Assembly: GCA_963727715.1 (NCBI GenBank)
Contig: CAVSGX010000005.1
Coordinates: 50,672-114,671 of the forward strand
Direction: 5' to 3'
Length of the DNA: 64,000 nucleotides
DNA from: an uncultured bacterium
GTDB taxonomy: Bacteria > Patescibacteriota > Minisyncoccia > Phycocordibacterales > DATDWN01
Shown here piece by piece: positions 8,175 to 18,125 of the stretch (within the stretch, counting starts at the first letter, position 1; each line of letters starts with the position of its first letter). The notes under the pieces were generated by a model. The model was not told where the DNA came from and searched no databases. It saw only the letters and a list, made by a program, of their open reading frames with translations. The position numbers and the translations under genes are program-made.

Positions 8175-11100
8175 ATGAAAGAAGAAGAAAAAAATGTAAA
8201 AAGCGAAATTGCCGAAAAGACTAAACCGAGCCTAAGCTCGGTTGCCCGATCCAACGAAGTTGAATTTAGGGAAGAGCAAATCCTCAAATTTTGGCAGGAC
8301 AATAAAATTTTTGAAAAATCTCTGGCCAAGCCCGCGCCAGAAGGTGATTTTGTTTTTTACGACGGTCCACCTTTTGCCACCGGCTTGCCACATTATGGGC
8401 ATTTGCTTGGTTCCACGGTCAAAGATTTGTTTCCGCGATACAAAACCATGCGGGGGTTTAAAGTGCGCCGTCGCTGGGGCTGGGATTGTCACGGCTTGCC
8501 TGTGGAAAATATTGTGGAGAAAAAACTCGGCCTGAAACACAAAAAAGACATTGAAGCTATAGGTATTGAAAAATTCAACGAAGAATGCCGAGCCCAAGTT
8601 TTGACTTATGTTCACGATTGGAAAAAATATATTGACCGGCTCGGTCGCTGGGTTGATTTTGATAATTCCTACAAGACTATGGACACAAGCTACACCGAAT
8701 CGGTTTGGTGGGCCCTGTCGCAGATTGATAAAAAAGAAATGCTTTACGAAGGGCGAAAAGTTTTGCTCTACTGTCCGCGCTGCGAGACGCCTTTGTCCAA
8801 AGCCGAGATCGCCATGGACAATTCATACAAAAATGTGACCGAGGAAGCGGTCACCCTGAAATTCAAATTGAAACCTGAACAGAAGTTTGGCAAATATCAA
8901 ACAAAAGACACAGATTATATTTTAGCTTGGACCACAACACCGTGGACACTGCCGGCCAATGTGGCTTTGGCTGTGGGGGAGGATATTTCCTACACGGCTT
9001 TGAGAATAAAAAATAAGACCGAGCTTTACATTTTAGCCAGTAATCTTGTCCAAAAAGTTTTTGCTGGCAAAGAAATTGAAATTGCCCACGATAATATTTC
9101 CGGCAAAGATTTGCTTGGTCTAGAGTACGAACCGCTTTACGATTTGCCGGCCGTTCGAGCCACAGGCAAGAGGGCTTGGTACATCGCCCCAGCCGATTTT
9201 GTGACGACGGAAGATGGCACTGGCGTGGTGCATACAGCAGTCATTTATGGCGAGGAAGATTATCAACTCGGCGTAAAGATTGGTCTGCCGATGTTGCCAC
9301 TTCTTTTACCAAACGGCAATTACAATAACGACGCGCCAGAATTTCTTCGCGGTATTTACATTAAAACAGCTGAAAATTTAATCAAAAAAGATTTAGAAGA
9401 TCGCGGACTTTTGTTTGCCAAAGCACCAAACACTCACTCCTATCCGCATTGTTATCGTTGTGGCACGCCACTCATTTACAACGCTCTTTCCAGTTGGTTC
9501 ATTGACATACAGAAAATCAAAAAAGAAATGCTAGCCAAAAATAAAAACATCAACTGGGTGCCGGAACATTTGAAACATGGTCGGTTTCAGGACATTATGG
9601 AGAGCGCGCCGGACTGGAACATCAGTCGCAACCGATTTTGGGCTTCGCCTTTGCCGATTTGGAAATGTCAGTCTTGCCAGAAAATAAAAATTGTCGGTTC
9701 AATTCAAGAATTGAAAGAGTCAACCCAAAAATCAGGCAACAAATATTTTTTAATGCGACATGGCCAGTCGCAGTCAAACGCCAATGGGCGAATCATTAGT
9801 TGCAAAAAAGAAAACAAAGATCCGCTGACCGAAAAAGGCCGAGAGGAGGTTTTAGAAACAACCAAAAAATTGACCAAAGAGAAAATAGATTTGATAATAG
9901 CTTCGCCTTTTATGCGCACAAAAGAAACAGCCCAAATCATAGCTGACAAAATAGGCATCAATCAAGATAAAATAATTTGCGACGACAGACTGGGTGAAAT
10001 TTTCTGCGGTGACCACGACGGAGAGCCGTGGACGGAACTCAATCTCGGCAAAGAAACTCCCGGTCCGGAAACCATGCAAGATGTTCATATCAGAGTGATG
10101 GAATTTTTGTACGAAACCGATGCCAAATATTCCGATCAAAATATTTTGATAATCTCCCACGGCGCTCCGCTTGATCTGCTCCATCTAGGAGCGCAAGGTT
10201 TGTCTATTAAAGATATTGTCGAACGCTATCCGGACAATCTATTTCACAATGCCGAGCTTCGGACTTGCGATTTCACACCTTTGCCACACAACAAAAATTT
10301 TGAAATTGATTTGCACCGGCCATACATAGATGAAATCAAATTTGATTGTCCTTGTGGCGCGACAATGAAAAGAATTCCGGAAGTCATTGACTGTTGGGTT
10401 GAATCCGGCTCGATGCCTTTCGCCGAGTACAATTATCCTTTCGCCGACAAAAAAGAATTTGAAAAAAGAACACCAGGAGATTTTGTGGCCGAATACATCG
10501 CCCAAACGCGCACCTGGTTTTATTACATGCACGCCATCTCCGTTGCCCTTTTTGGCCACGAGCCATTCAAAAATGTTATAACTACCGGCACTATTTTGGC
10601 CGGCGACGGCGACAAAATGACCAAATCAAAAGGCAATTTTGCCGACCCACTTGTTTTGATGAATCTCTATGGGGCTGATGCCTTGAGGTACTATTTGATG
10701 ACATCTGTTTTGATGCAGGCCGAGGATGTCAATTTTCAAGATGACGGGGTCAAAGAAGTTTATCAGAGAATGCTCAATATTTTGCGCAACGTCTTGTCAT
10801 TTTACAAAATGTACAAAACCGATTTTGCAGAAACAAAAGAATCAAAAAATGTTTTGGACAGATGGATTTTGTCTCGGCTGAAAGAATTGCATACCGAGGT
10901 GACGGAAAATCTGGAAAAATACGATACCATTCGCGCCGGCCGGCCAATAAGGAATTTTGTTGATGATCTTTCCACTTGGTATTTACGTCGCTCGCGTGAC
11001 AGGTTCAAATCGGAAAGTATTGAAGAAAGAAAATCAGTTTCCCAAACAATGCATTTTGTTTTAATTGAGCTGTCAAAAATTATGGCGCCGTTCACGCCGT

Positions 11101-11690
11101 TTCTGGCTGAGGAAATCTTTCAAGATTTGCGTTTTTCATCGGATGCCGAAAGTGTTCATTTGGAAAATTGGTCTGATATGTCAAAAATAAAATCCGATGC
11201 CGAACTGATTGAAAAAATGATTTATGTCAGAAGTGTCGTGACTTCGGCTCTGGAATTGCGCCAGAAAGCCGGCATCAAAGTTCGCCAGCCACTCTCGAGT
11301 TTAAAAATCAAAAATCAAAAATCAAAATTGGAAGATGAATTTGTCGATTTAATAAAAGATGAAATTAATGTAAAAGAAATAATTTTTGATAAAAATTTGG
11401 CGATGGATTTGGAATTGGACACGGATTTGACCAAAGAATTGAAAGAAGAAGGACTCTCTCGCGAAATTATTCGGGCTATTCAGGATGTCCGCAAAAAAGA
11501 AAAGCTTAATCCAAACAAACTTGTCTCGCTCCGTATTTCCACTGACGACTTTTTGAAAAATATTTTAGAATCAAGCAAAAAAACCATTCTTTCGGCGGTT
11601 TTGGCAAAAGAAATTTCTTATTCTGCTGAAAATCAGATTCATAATGTTGACATTGAAAATCATCAGCTTTCCGTTTCTGTCATACTTTGA
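8175..11690 (+). CDS. ileS: Isoleucine--tRNA ligase with an inserted histidine-phosphatase (PGAM-like) domain
   Basis: PHYGHLLG (HIGH), WGWDCHGLPVE, KMTKS, and a CPCG zinc knuckle. An insert of about 180 aa (nt 9735-10275) carries RHGQS, SPFMRTKETA and SHGAPL motifs. Confidence 0.9.
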   Translation: MKEEEKNVKSEIAEKTKPSLSSVARSNEVEFREEQILKFWQDNKIFEKSLAKPAPEGDFVFYDGPPFATGLPHYGHLLGSTVKDLFPRYKTMRGFKVRRRWGWDCHGLPVENIVEKKLGLKHKKDIEAIGIEKFNEECRAQVLTYVHDWKKYIDRLGRWVDFDNSYKTMDTSYTESVWWALSQIDKKEMLYEGRKVLLYCPRCETPLSKAEIAMDNSYKNVTEEAVTLKFKLKPEQKFGKYQTKDTDYILAWTTTPWTLPANVALAVGEDISYTALRIKNKTELYILASNLVQKVFAGKEIEIAHDNISGKDLLGLEYEPLYDLPAVRATGKRAWYIAPADFVTTEDGTGVVHTAVIYGEEDYQLGVKIGLPMLPLLLPNGNYNNDAPEFLRGIYIKTAENLIKKDLEDRGLLFAKAPNTHSYPHCYRCGTPLIYNALSSWFIDIQKIKKEMLAKNKNINWVPEHLKHGRFQDIMESAPDWNISRNRFWASPLPIWKCQSCQKIKIVGSIQELKESTQKSGNKYFLMRHGQSQSNANGRIISCKKENKDPLTEKGREEVLETTKKLTKEKIDLIIASPFMRTKETAQIIADKIGINQDKIICDDRLGEIFCGDHDGEPWTELNLGKETPGPETMQDVHIRVMEFLYETDAKYSDQNILIISHGAPLDLLHLGAQGLSIKDIVERYPDNLFHNAELRTCDFTPLPHNKNFEIDLHRPYIDEIKFDCPCGATMKRIPEVIDCWVESGSMPFAEYNYPFADKKEFEKRTPGDFVAEYIAQTRTWFYYMHAISVALFGHEPFKNVITTGTILAGDGDKMTKSKGNFADPLVLMNLYGADALRYYLMTSVLMQAEDVNFQDDGVKEVYQRMLNILRNVLSFYKMYKTDFAETKESKNVLDRWILSRLKELHTEVTENLEKYDTIRAGRPIRNFVDDLSTWYLRRSRDRFKSESIEERKSVSQTMHFVLIELSKIMAPFTPFLAEEIFQDLRFSSDAESVHLENWSDMSKIKSDAELIEKMIYVRSVVTSALELRQKAGIKVRQPLSSLKIKNQKSKLEDEFVDLIKDEINVKEIIFDKNLAMDLELDTDLTKELKEEGLSREIIRAIQDVRKKEKLNPNKLVSLRISTDDFLKNILESSKKTILSAVLAKEISYSAENQIHNVDIENHQLSVSVIL

Positions 11691-12274
11691 TGTCCTATCA
11701 TATTTACACCACTGACGGCATAATTCTGAAACGTTTGAATTTTGGCGAAGCCAACATTTTGCTTTTTATTTTAACCGATGAATTTGGGTTGATTAGCGCT
11801 TCCGCCCAAGCGGCCAGAGAATCTTTTTCCAAACTGAACTCGGCCCTGCAAGAATACAGTTTGATTTCTGTTTCCTGCGTCAAAGCTAAAAATGGTTGGA
11901 AAATTACAAACGCCACAGCAAAGGAAAATTTCTTTTTTGACTATTCGTTACCTGTTCAAAAATTTGTCTCTAGAGTCTCGACTGTTTTGGTCAGGATGAT
12001 ACCCGGCGAAGAAAAGCACCGGGAATTGTTTTCCGTTATTTACAGCAGTTTTGAATTTTTGAAAAATATTTCCGAGAAAGATATCCCCAATTTTGAAATT
12101 TTGACAATGTTACGCATTTTGTATTATCTCGGTTATGTTGAAAAGTCCAAACAAACCGAAAAATTTTTGCAAAATGATAATAAATGGGGTAGAGAAATTA
12201 TAGATGAAATATCGGGAGTTAAATCAAGTTTAATCGGCCTGATAAACAAGGGCTTTGAAGAAAGCCAGTTATAA
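11687..12274 (+). CDS. recO: RecO-like DNA repair protein
   Basis: RecO-type N-terminal OB fold (GIILKRLNFGEANILLFILTDEFGLISASAQAARES). Confidence 0.5.
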   Translation: MMSYHIYTTDGIILKRLNFGEANILLFILTDEFGLISASAQAARESFSKLNSALQEYSLISVSCVKAKNGWKITNATAKENFFFDYSLPVQKFVSRVSTVLVRMIPGEEKHRELFSVIYSSFEFLKNISEKDIPNFEILTMLRILYYLGYVEKSKQTEKFLQNDNKWGREIIDEISGVKSSLIGLINKGFEESQL

Positions 12275-12285
12275 TCAGGTTAGTA

Positions 12286-12314
12286 TTGACATTGTTTGCT
12301 ATTTTGTATAGTAT
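12286..12314 (+). promoter_or_regulatory. Candidate promoter (TTGACA, 17-nt spacer, TAGTAT) for the ribosomal protein operon
   Basis: Near-consensus hexamers about 245 nt upstream of rpsS. Confidence 0.4.
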
Positions 12315-12556
12315 GGTCAGCAATTAAGGACAAAGTCCTTAAACATTTTTGTTTGCGGTATTTGAAAAAATTACCACTAACATTGTGGTTTTTGTTTTGA
12401 GTTTTTTGAAATGACCACAGCACCATTTTTTGATTCTTTAATTCATCGAGTCAGTGTGACTAATTAATTAAACAAAATTAAATTAATCATAAAATAAAGT
12501 GAAAATGGAGCTGGGTCATTATTTTCTAAAACTCATTTCATTCGTTAAGAAAATAT

Positions 12557-12907
12557 ATGACACGATCATCAAAAAAAGGTCCATATGTCGACGAGCGTTT
12601 GCTCAAGAAAATTGAGGGCAAAAAACCAGTAGAAACCGGGGTTATTAAGACGTGGTCTAGGGCCTGTGTTATTTCACCCGAAATGGTTGGTTTTAATTTC
12701 GGTGTGCATAATGGCAAGACTCACATTGAAGTTTTGATTTCCGAAGATATGGTTGGCCACAGACTCGGCGAATTTTCACCCACAAAGAAATTCTTGAAAC
12801 ACGGAGGCAAGATGCAGAAGGAGTTGGAACAGAAGAAAAAGGAGGCTGAGCTAGCAGCTGCTCAAGCGGCTAAAACCACAACCGATTCCAAAGCCGGTAA
12901 AAAATAA
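12557..12907 (+). CDS. rpsS: 30S ribosomal protein S19 (with a C-terminal K/E-rich extension)
   Basis: Conserved S19 sequence. Confidence 0.95.
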   Translation: MTRSSKKGPYVDERLLKKIEGKKPVETGVIKTWSRACVISPEMVGFNFGVHNGKTHIEVLISEDMVGHRLGEFSPTKKFLKHGGKMQKELEQKKKEAELAAAQAAKTTTDSKAGKK

Positions 12908-12915
12908 TAAATAAT

Positions 12916-13338
12916 ATGGCAACAGCTAAAGCAACATTATCCAATTTCCGGCAATCTCCTCGCAAAATGCGCGGGGTGGCCGATCTTGTCCGTGGCAAAA
13001 AAGTTTCTGAAGCCTTGGTTTATTTGGATTTTGTTGGCAAAAGAGCGGCTTTACCCATCAAAAATTTGCTAAATTCAGCTTTAGCCAACGCCAAAAATTT
13101 GCAAATTGAATCGGAAAATCTGGTTATCAAGAGCATTACCGTAAATGCCGGTAAAATTTTGAAACGACACCAGCCGGTTAGCCGTGGCAGAGCACACCCG
13201 ATCCACAAACGCACCAGTCACATCACAATTGAATTGGCTGAACCGAAAGAAAATCCAAAACCGAAAAAAGTGGTAAAAGAAAAAGTTGGAAAAATAGAAG
13301 TTAAAAAAATTGGAAAAGCAAAAAAACCAAAAAAATAA
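12916..13338 (+). CDS. rplV: 50S ribosomal protein L22
   Basis: Conserved L22 sequence plus a K-rich tail. Confidence 0.95.
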   Translation: MATAKATLSNFRQSPRKMRGVADLVRGKKVSEALVYLDFVGKRAALPIKNLLNSALANAKNLQIESENLVIKSITVNAGKILKRHQPVSRGRAHPIHKRTSHITIELAEPKENPKPKKVVKEKVGKIEVKKIGKAKKPKK

Positions 13339-13345
13339 TTAATTT

Positions 13346-14056
13346 ATGACCCACACCGTCCATCCATATTCACATAGGCTCGGTATCATCAGAGACTGGA
13401 AATCTCGCTGGTTTGGTGTTGGTAAGCAGTATCGAGATTTTCTGAAAAGCGATGTTCTGTTGCGTGGATATTTGGAAAAGAAACTTCACGGTCAATACGT
13501 TAGCAACATTGAGATAGAAAGGAATCAAAAATCTCTGCGGATTATAATTGAGACTTCAAGACCGGGTATGATTATCGGTCGCAGTGGGGAAGGGGCGACA
13601 AAACTGCGTCAAGATGTTTTGAATTTTATAAAGAAAAACAAATTGTCGGCCGAAGGTTCGAATTCTTCTGCCAAAACCGGTCAAACTTCGCAGAAAGAAG
13701 TTTCAAGCGATGTCAAAATAGATATCAAGGAAATTAAATCGCCGGAATCGAATTCAGCCATCGTGGCCCAGATGATCGCCGACGGGTTGGAGAAAAGAAT
13801 GCCATTCCGTCGAGTAGTCAAACAAATGTTGGAAAAAGTTATGGCCAACAGAGATGTTTTAGGAGTAAAAATCGAACTGTCTGGCCGTCTCGGTGGGGCC
13901 ACAATGTCTCGCCGTGAAAAAATCAAACGCGGGCGCATTCCACTTCAGACCTTTCGGGCCGATGTTGATTTTAACAAACATGAAGCCAGATTGCCGTATG
14001 GCAGGATAGGAATAAAAGTTTGGATTTACAAAGGCGAAATATTTAACAAGAAGTAA
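13346..14056 (+). CDS. rpsC: 30S ribosomal protein S3
   Basis: KH domain and S3 C-terminal domain. Confidence 0.95.
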   Translation: MTHTVHPYSHRLGIIRDWKSRWFGVGKQYRDFLKSDVLLRGYLEKKLHGQYVSNIEIERNQKSLRIIIETSRPGMIIGRSGEGATKLRQDVLNFIKKNKLSAEGSNSSAKTGQTSQKEVSSDVKIDIKEIKSPESNSAIVAQMIADGLEKRMPFRRVVKQMLEKVMANRDVLGVKIELSGRLGGATMSRREKIKRGRIPLQTFRADVDFNKHEARLPYGRIGIKVWIYKGEIFNKK

Positions 14057-14125
14057 AAAGTAAGATGTAATAAGTAAGAAATACAAAAACGCATTCTTTA
14101 CATCTTACTTCTTACTCATTACTCA
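14051..14125. repeat. Hairpin repeat family, copy 2 (in the rpsC-rplP spacer)
   Basis: agtaagatgtaa / ttacatcttact 12-bp stem with the ttacttcttac ending. Confidence 0.5.
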
Positions 14126-14134
14126 TTAAAAACC

Positions 14135-14551
14135 ATGTTAGTCCCCAAAAAAGTAAAATACAGAAAATGGCAAACTATGCGTCGAAACCCAAAAAGAGTT
14201 GGTGTGACTTCTCGTGGCGCCACCATTTCTTTCGGTTCTTTCGCTCTGAAAGCCACCGGTCCGGCTCGCATCAAATCAAACCAGATTGAGGCAGCCAGAA
14301 AAGTTCTGTCGCGCGCTTCCGGCAAGACCGGCAAGGTTTGGATTCGCATTTTTCCGGATATGCCTTATACTCAAAAGCCGGCCGAAGTTAAACTTGGCAA
14401 AGGCAAAGGTGATTTGGCTGGGTATGTCGCGCCGGTTCTGGCAGGTCGCATTTTATTTGAAGTGGACGGTGTTTCGGAGGCAGTAGCCAGAGAAGCTTTG
14501 CGCAAAGCCGGGACAAAGTTGCCGGTCAAAACAAAAATCATTGCCAGATAA
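14135..14551 (+). CDS. rplP: 50S ribosomal protein L16
   Basis: Conserved sequence. Confidence 0.95.
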   Translation: MLVPKKVKYRKWQTMRRNPKRVGVTSRGATISFGSFALKATGPARIKSNQIEAARKVLSRASGKTGKVWIRIFPDMPYTQKPAEVKLGKGKGDLAGYVAPVLAGRILFEVDGVSEAVAREALRKAGTKLPVKTKIIAR

Positions 14552-14563
14552 ATTTCAGATTTT

Positions 14564-14779
14564 ATGAAAACAAATTTTTCAAACAAAACAGAAAAGGAAT
14601 TGCAAACACTTTTGGCCGAAAAACAAATGGCTCTGCGAGCTTTCAGATTCAATGTGGCTGGTAGTAATGTTCGCAATGTCAAAGAGGGGAGAACAATACG
14701 AAAGGACATTGCTCGCATCAAAACTATTTTCTCGGCCGGCAAAATTAAATCAAAACTCCCAACCAAAACCAAAAAATAA
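14564..14779 (+). CDS. rpmC: 50S ribosomal protein L29
   Basis: Conserved sequence. Confidence 0.85.
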   Translation: MKTNFSNKTEKELQTLLAEKQMALRAFRFNVAGSNVRNVKEGRTIRKDIARIKTIFSAGKIKSKLPTKTKK

Positions 14780-14785
14780 AATACT

Positions 14786-15046
14786 ATGAATGCTAAAATA
14801 ACAAAAAAAGAGGAGGTTAAAAAAGCAGGCAAGCGATTTTCTGGTGTGGTTGTTTCCGACAAAATGAAGGACACGGTGGTGGTCAGCGTTAGCCGTTTTG
14901 TCAAACACCCGAAATATGGCAAATTTATAAAACGAGACAAAAATTTTAAAGCTCACGACGCCGGCAACAGCAAAAAAATCGGCGACAAAGTGACAATAGA
15001 AGAATGCCGACCGATTTCCAAAGATAAACATTTCAAAGTAATTTAA
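14786..15046 (+). CDS. rpsQ: 30S ribosomal protein S17
   Basis: Conserved sequence. Confidence 0.9.
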   Translation: MNAKITKKEEVKKAGKRFSGVVVSDKMKDTVVVSVSRFVKHPKYGKFIKRDKNFKAHDAGNSKKIGDKVTIEECRPISKDKHFKVI

Positions 15047-15050
15047 TTTT

Positions 15051-15434
15051 ATGATTCAACCACGATCCATTGTTAAAATAGCTGACAACTCCGGAGCTCA
15101 GATCGGACGCATTTTCAAAGTGCTCGGCTCGTCCAAAAAACGCTACGCTTCGCTTGGCGAAATGGTTGTTTTGTCTGTCCAAAAAGCTGCGCCACGAAAA
15201 GCAACCAAGAAAAAAGATATTGTCTACGGCGTGGTTGTCCGACAAAAAGCTCCTTACAGACGCAGGGATGGTAGTTACATTCGCTTTGATGAGAATGCCG
15301 TCGTTTTGGTCATCAAGGATAGGAAAAAGAAAGACGTTTCTCCGGCGGTCGGTCGCGTTTTCGGACCGATTCCGCGTGAAGTCGGCGAGGCGGGGTATCA
15401 AAAGATTATTTCCCTTGCCCCTGAAGTGGTTTAA
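15051..15434 (+). CDS. rplN: 50S ribosomal protein L14
   Basis: Conserved sequence. Confidence 0.95.
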   Translation: MIQPRSIVKIADNSGAQIGRIFKVLGSSKKRYASLGEMVVLSVQKAAPRKATKKKDIVYGVVVRQKAPYRRRDGSYIRFDENAVVLVIKDRKKKDVSPAVGRVFGPIPREVGEAGYQKIISLAPEVV

Positions 15435-15449
15435 TTTCAATTCAATATT

Positions 15450-15671
15450 ATGAAAATCAAAAAAGGAGACAATGTCATAATCATAGCCGGAAAAGACAAA
15501 GGCAAGAAAGGAACTGTGGTTAAAGCTCTGCCAAAAGAAGACAAAGTGGTTGTTTCCGGCGTGAATGTCGCCAAAAAGCATGCTCGTCCGCGCAAAACCG
15601 GCGAAAAAGGCCAGACTGTTGAAAAAACAATGCCCGTGCATGTATCAAACGTGAAGAAAATAGAAAAATAA
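15450..15671 (+). CDS. rplX: 50S ribosomal protein L24
   Basis: KOW motif. Confidence 0.9.
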   Translation: MKIKKGDNVIIIAGKDKGKKGTVVKALPKEDKVVVSGVNVAKKHARPRKTGEKGQTVEKTMPVHVSNVKKIEK

Positions 15672-15672
15672 A

Positions 15673-16206
15673 ATGAAATTCACCAAAGAAAAAATCAAAG
15701 AATCTTATGACGCTCTGAAATCAGAGTTTGGTTACAAAAACAGAATGCAAGCGCCGAAAGTAGAAAAGGTTGTCGTCTCGGCCGGCGTTGGGTCATTCAA
15801 GGATAAGAAAAAAATTGAGCTGGCTCTCGATCGCTTAGCCAAGATCACCGGGCAGAAGCCGGTGCAAAAAGGGGCCAAGCAGTCCGTGGCTTCTTTCAAG
15901 GTGCGCGAAGGCGACATTGTCGGGCTACAGGTGACACTGCGTGGCGAGAGAATGTACGATTTTCTCAATCGTCTGGTCAACATCGCCCTGCCTCGAACAA
16001 AAGACTTTCGTGGCATTTCGCGCGAGGCCGTTGATGCTATGGGCAACTACACTTTAGGAATAAGAGAGCACACCATTTTCCCGGAAACAGGCGACGAGGA
16101 ACTGAAAGATGTTTTTGGTCTCTCTGTCACTATTGTCACTTCCACTCGCAACAAAAAAGAAACATTAGCTTTTCTGACTTACTTGGGTTTTCCATTTAAG
16201 AAATAA
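15673..16206 (+). CDS. rplE: 50S ribosomal protein L5
   Basis: Conserved sequence. Confidence 0.95.
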   Translation: MKFTKEKIKESYDALKSEFGYKNRMQAPKVEKVVVSAGVGSFKDKKKIELALDRLAKITGQKPVQKGAKQSVASFKVREGDIVGLQVTLRGERMYDFLNRLVNIALPRTKDFRGISREAVDAMGNYTLGIREHTIFPETGDEELKDVFGLSVTIVTSTRNKKETLAFLTYLGFPFKK

Positions 16207-16384
16207 ATCCACAGGACTTGCGCAAAAATATTTTCCAGAGCAACCTCAAAAACTCCAGCGAGTTTTCTCGGCTGTCCTCGGCTCGGATTTGTCAAGAGCC
16301 CTCGCTTTGCTCGGGTCGTTGACAAAACCAACTCCTCGCCTGCGGAGTCTCTGAAAAACATTTTTTTGCAAGCCCCCCAAAAAT

Positions 16385-16407
16385 CGCCTAACAAGGCGGT
16401 TTTTTTA
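16385..16407 (+). terminator. Hairpin cgcctaacaaggcg followed by T7
   Basis: Read from the sequence. Confidence 0.45.
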
Positions 16408-16422
16408 CGCTAGCACAAACAC

Positions 16423-16452
16423 TTGACTTTTTGGTGTAAGGTGTGATATAAT
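16423..16452 (+). promoter_or_regulatory. Near-consensus promoter (TTGACT, 18-nt spacer, TATAAT), now directly abutting the IS left end
   Basis: Hexamers read directly from the sequence. Confidence 0.4.
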
Positions 16453-16467
16453 ACAGGTAGTGGTAAA

Positions 16468-17495
16468 TTCCTCCAATTACCCCTCAAGTAGGACAGAACT
16501 AATGTTTGAATAATAACTCATTGGCGCGCGGAAGCCAATCACTTCTCTCGGTCGGTTGTTTAGGAAGGAATGTATTTCTTGCAATTCTTCCTCAGTGACT
16601 GACTCAATATCTCTTCGTTTAGGCACAAAACATCTGATCCATCTGTTGGTGTTTTCCACCAGACCTTTTTCCCAAGAATGGTATGGATGTGTAAAATAGA
16701 TTGGCACTTGCAGGAGAGTTTCCAACTCTTTCCAACAGGTGAATGCAATATCGTTGTCTGTGGTGATGCTCTTCAATTCAACACCATGGAACAGACGGGA
16801 AAGCGCGGCACGAATAGTGTCGCGTTTTCTGTTGGGCAGTTTCCTGACCCATGTTCTTTTGGCTTGCCAATCCACAGCAACCAAAAGTACCCACGAACTG
16901 TCTTTGGAAACGATGAAATCGAGCTCAATGTGTCCTAGACCTTTTCTCTCCGGTCTGACATCAATATACTTCCTGCCATCCTGAATGTGCTTCCAATGAT
17001 TTCGTTTTCTCCCACCCTTGTGATTGTTCCAACCCCAAAAAAGCAGGTGGTTTAGACCTCTCGACTCGGCAAATTTGTATATGGCTTTGGCCGAGCAGAT
17101 GATACCCATTTCACATTCAAGATACCCGCTAATCTGCTTCGGCGACCAATGATACGGCTTGGTTAATCGTTCCACCACGAATCGACAGAGAAACGGGTCA
17201 AGCGCCACTTTCAGACACTGCTGTTTGGCTCGCCATCTTTTCATTGAAACTTTCTGCTTGGCTTTTTCCGCTTCATACACCCCATTAACACTGTGTTTTT
17301 GTATTTCTCTGCTCACAGTGTTGACACTCCGACCGAGAAATTCGGCAATTTTGCGAATGGCCGAACCGGCGCAATACATCTTTTCAATACAAAACCTCTC
17401 TTCAAAAGACAAATGATGATATTTGTTTTTCATATGACAATTAAAATTAATTTTCGACTAATGCATTAATTCTAACTGTCCTACTTCAAAGGTGG
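16468..17495 (-). mobile_element. IS30-family insertion sequence (about 1.03 kb) with imperfect terminal inverted repeats
   Basis: Terminal inverted repeats tcaagtaggacagaactaatg (16476-16500) and cattaattctaactgtcctacttca (17462-17490) flank the transposase ORF. Confidence 0.65.
16477..17433 (-). CDS. IS30-family transposase
   Basis: N-terminal HTH (AIRKIAEFLGRSVNTVSREI) plus an integrase-core DDE region. Confidence 0.85.
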   Translation of the reverse strand: MKNKYHHLSFEERFCIEKMYCAGSAIRKIAEFLGRSVNTVSREIQKHSVNGVYEAEKAKQKVSMKRWRAKQQCLKVALDPFLCRFVVERLTKPYHWSPKQISGYLECEMGIICSAKAIYKFAESRGLNHLLFWGWNNHKGGRKRNHWKHIQDGRKYIDVRPERKGLGHIELDFIVSKDSSWVLLVAVDWQAKRTWVRKLPNRKRDTIRAALSRLFHGVELKSITTDNDIAFTCWKELETLLQVPIYFTHPYHSWEKGLVENTNRWIRCFVPKRRDIESVTEEELQEIHSFLNNRPREVIGFRAPMSYYSNISSVLLEG

Positions 17496-17566
17496 CTAGG
17501 GGATTGGGGTACCGAAATTCTCCAATCGTCCAGCGTGACGTTAAACTGTTCATTTGGAGTAAGGAA

Positions 17567-18028
17567 ATGCACTCGATCAATTTAAGTTTGGTAGTTGTGA
17601 TCTCTGTTCTTATTTTGGTGCTTCGCGGGTGCGCCAAAGAGATCTTCTTCACGGTATATGGAAAGAAAATCATTCGCAAAGAGCGAACCGAACACAAAGT
17701 AGCTGACACTCAACGCAACATCAGCAACCGCATCTACAATGCTCTGTGCAGGGCAGCGGAGGAAAATTACTCCAAGCTTGTTTCTGTGAACAAAAAGAAT
17801 TTTGAAAATGGGGATTATTGCGTCTACATAATAAATGTAGAATGGGTCTGTATGGCCGGGGAGTTCCCTATGTGTTCTGTGGATATTTGTAAAGTCGGAG
17901 ACGAGATTTCGGTCACTGTAGTCAACGACATGGATCATACATACCTTAAATATCACAAGCCGGATGAAGCCACACTCACTCTTTTGATGAATGGATTAAA
18001 TGGCCAGGTGTCCAAATACTACCTCTGA
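17567..18028 (+). CDS. Hypothetical Cys-rich putative lipoprotein
   Basis: Signal-like N-terminus (LVVVISVLILVLRGC). The track ORF runs 17492..18028; an internal Met is preferred as the start. Confidence 0.3.
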   Translation: MHSINLSLVVVISVLILVLRGCAKEIFFTVYGKKIIRKERTEHKVADTQRNISNRIYNALCRAAEENYSKLVSVNKKNFENGDYCVYIINVEWVCMAGEFPMCSVDICKVGDEISVTVVNDMDHTYLKYHKPDEATLTLLMNGLNGQVSKYYL

Positions 18029-18125
18029 TCATCTCTCCACCAGACACATTCTCTTCAGCTGGTGGCTCCCTCGCGGGGTCGCCGGCTTTTCACATGCAAA
18101 AAATTTTTAAATTAGCACTAACAAA

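Noticed and set aside
11296-11330. Short tandem AAAAATC repeats inside ileS (similar runs at 19921-19950 and 43371-43400)
   Set aside because: Low-complexity K/N/Q-coding runs typical of an AT-rich genome; not CRISPR or microsatellite loci.
16290-16360. Partial similarity (cgctttgctcg ... ctcctgcggag) between the post-rplE spacer and the end of the att-like repeat
   Set aside because: Short, gapped matches of about 11 nt each. Chance similarity in GC-rich hairpin-forming spacers cannot be excluded.
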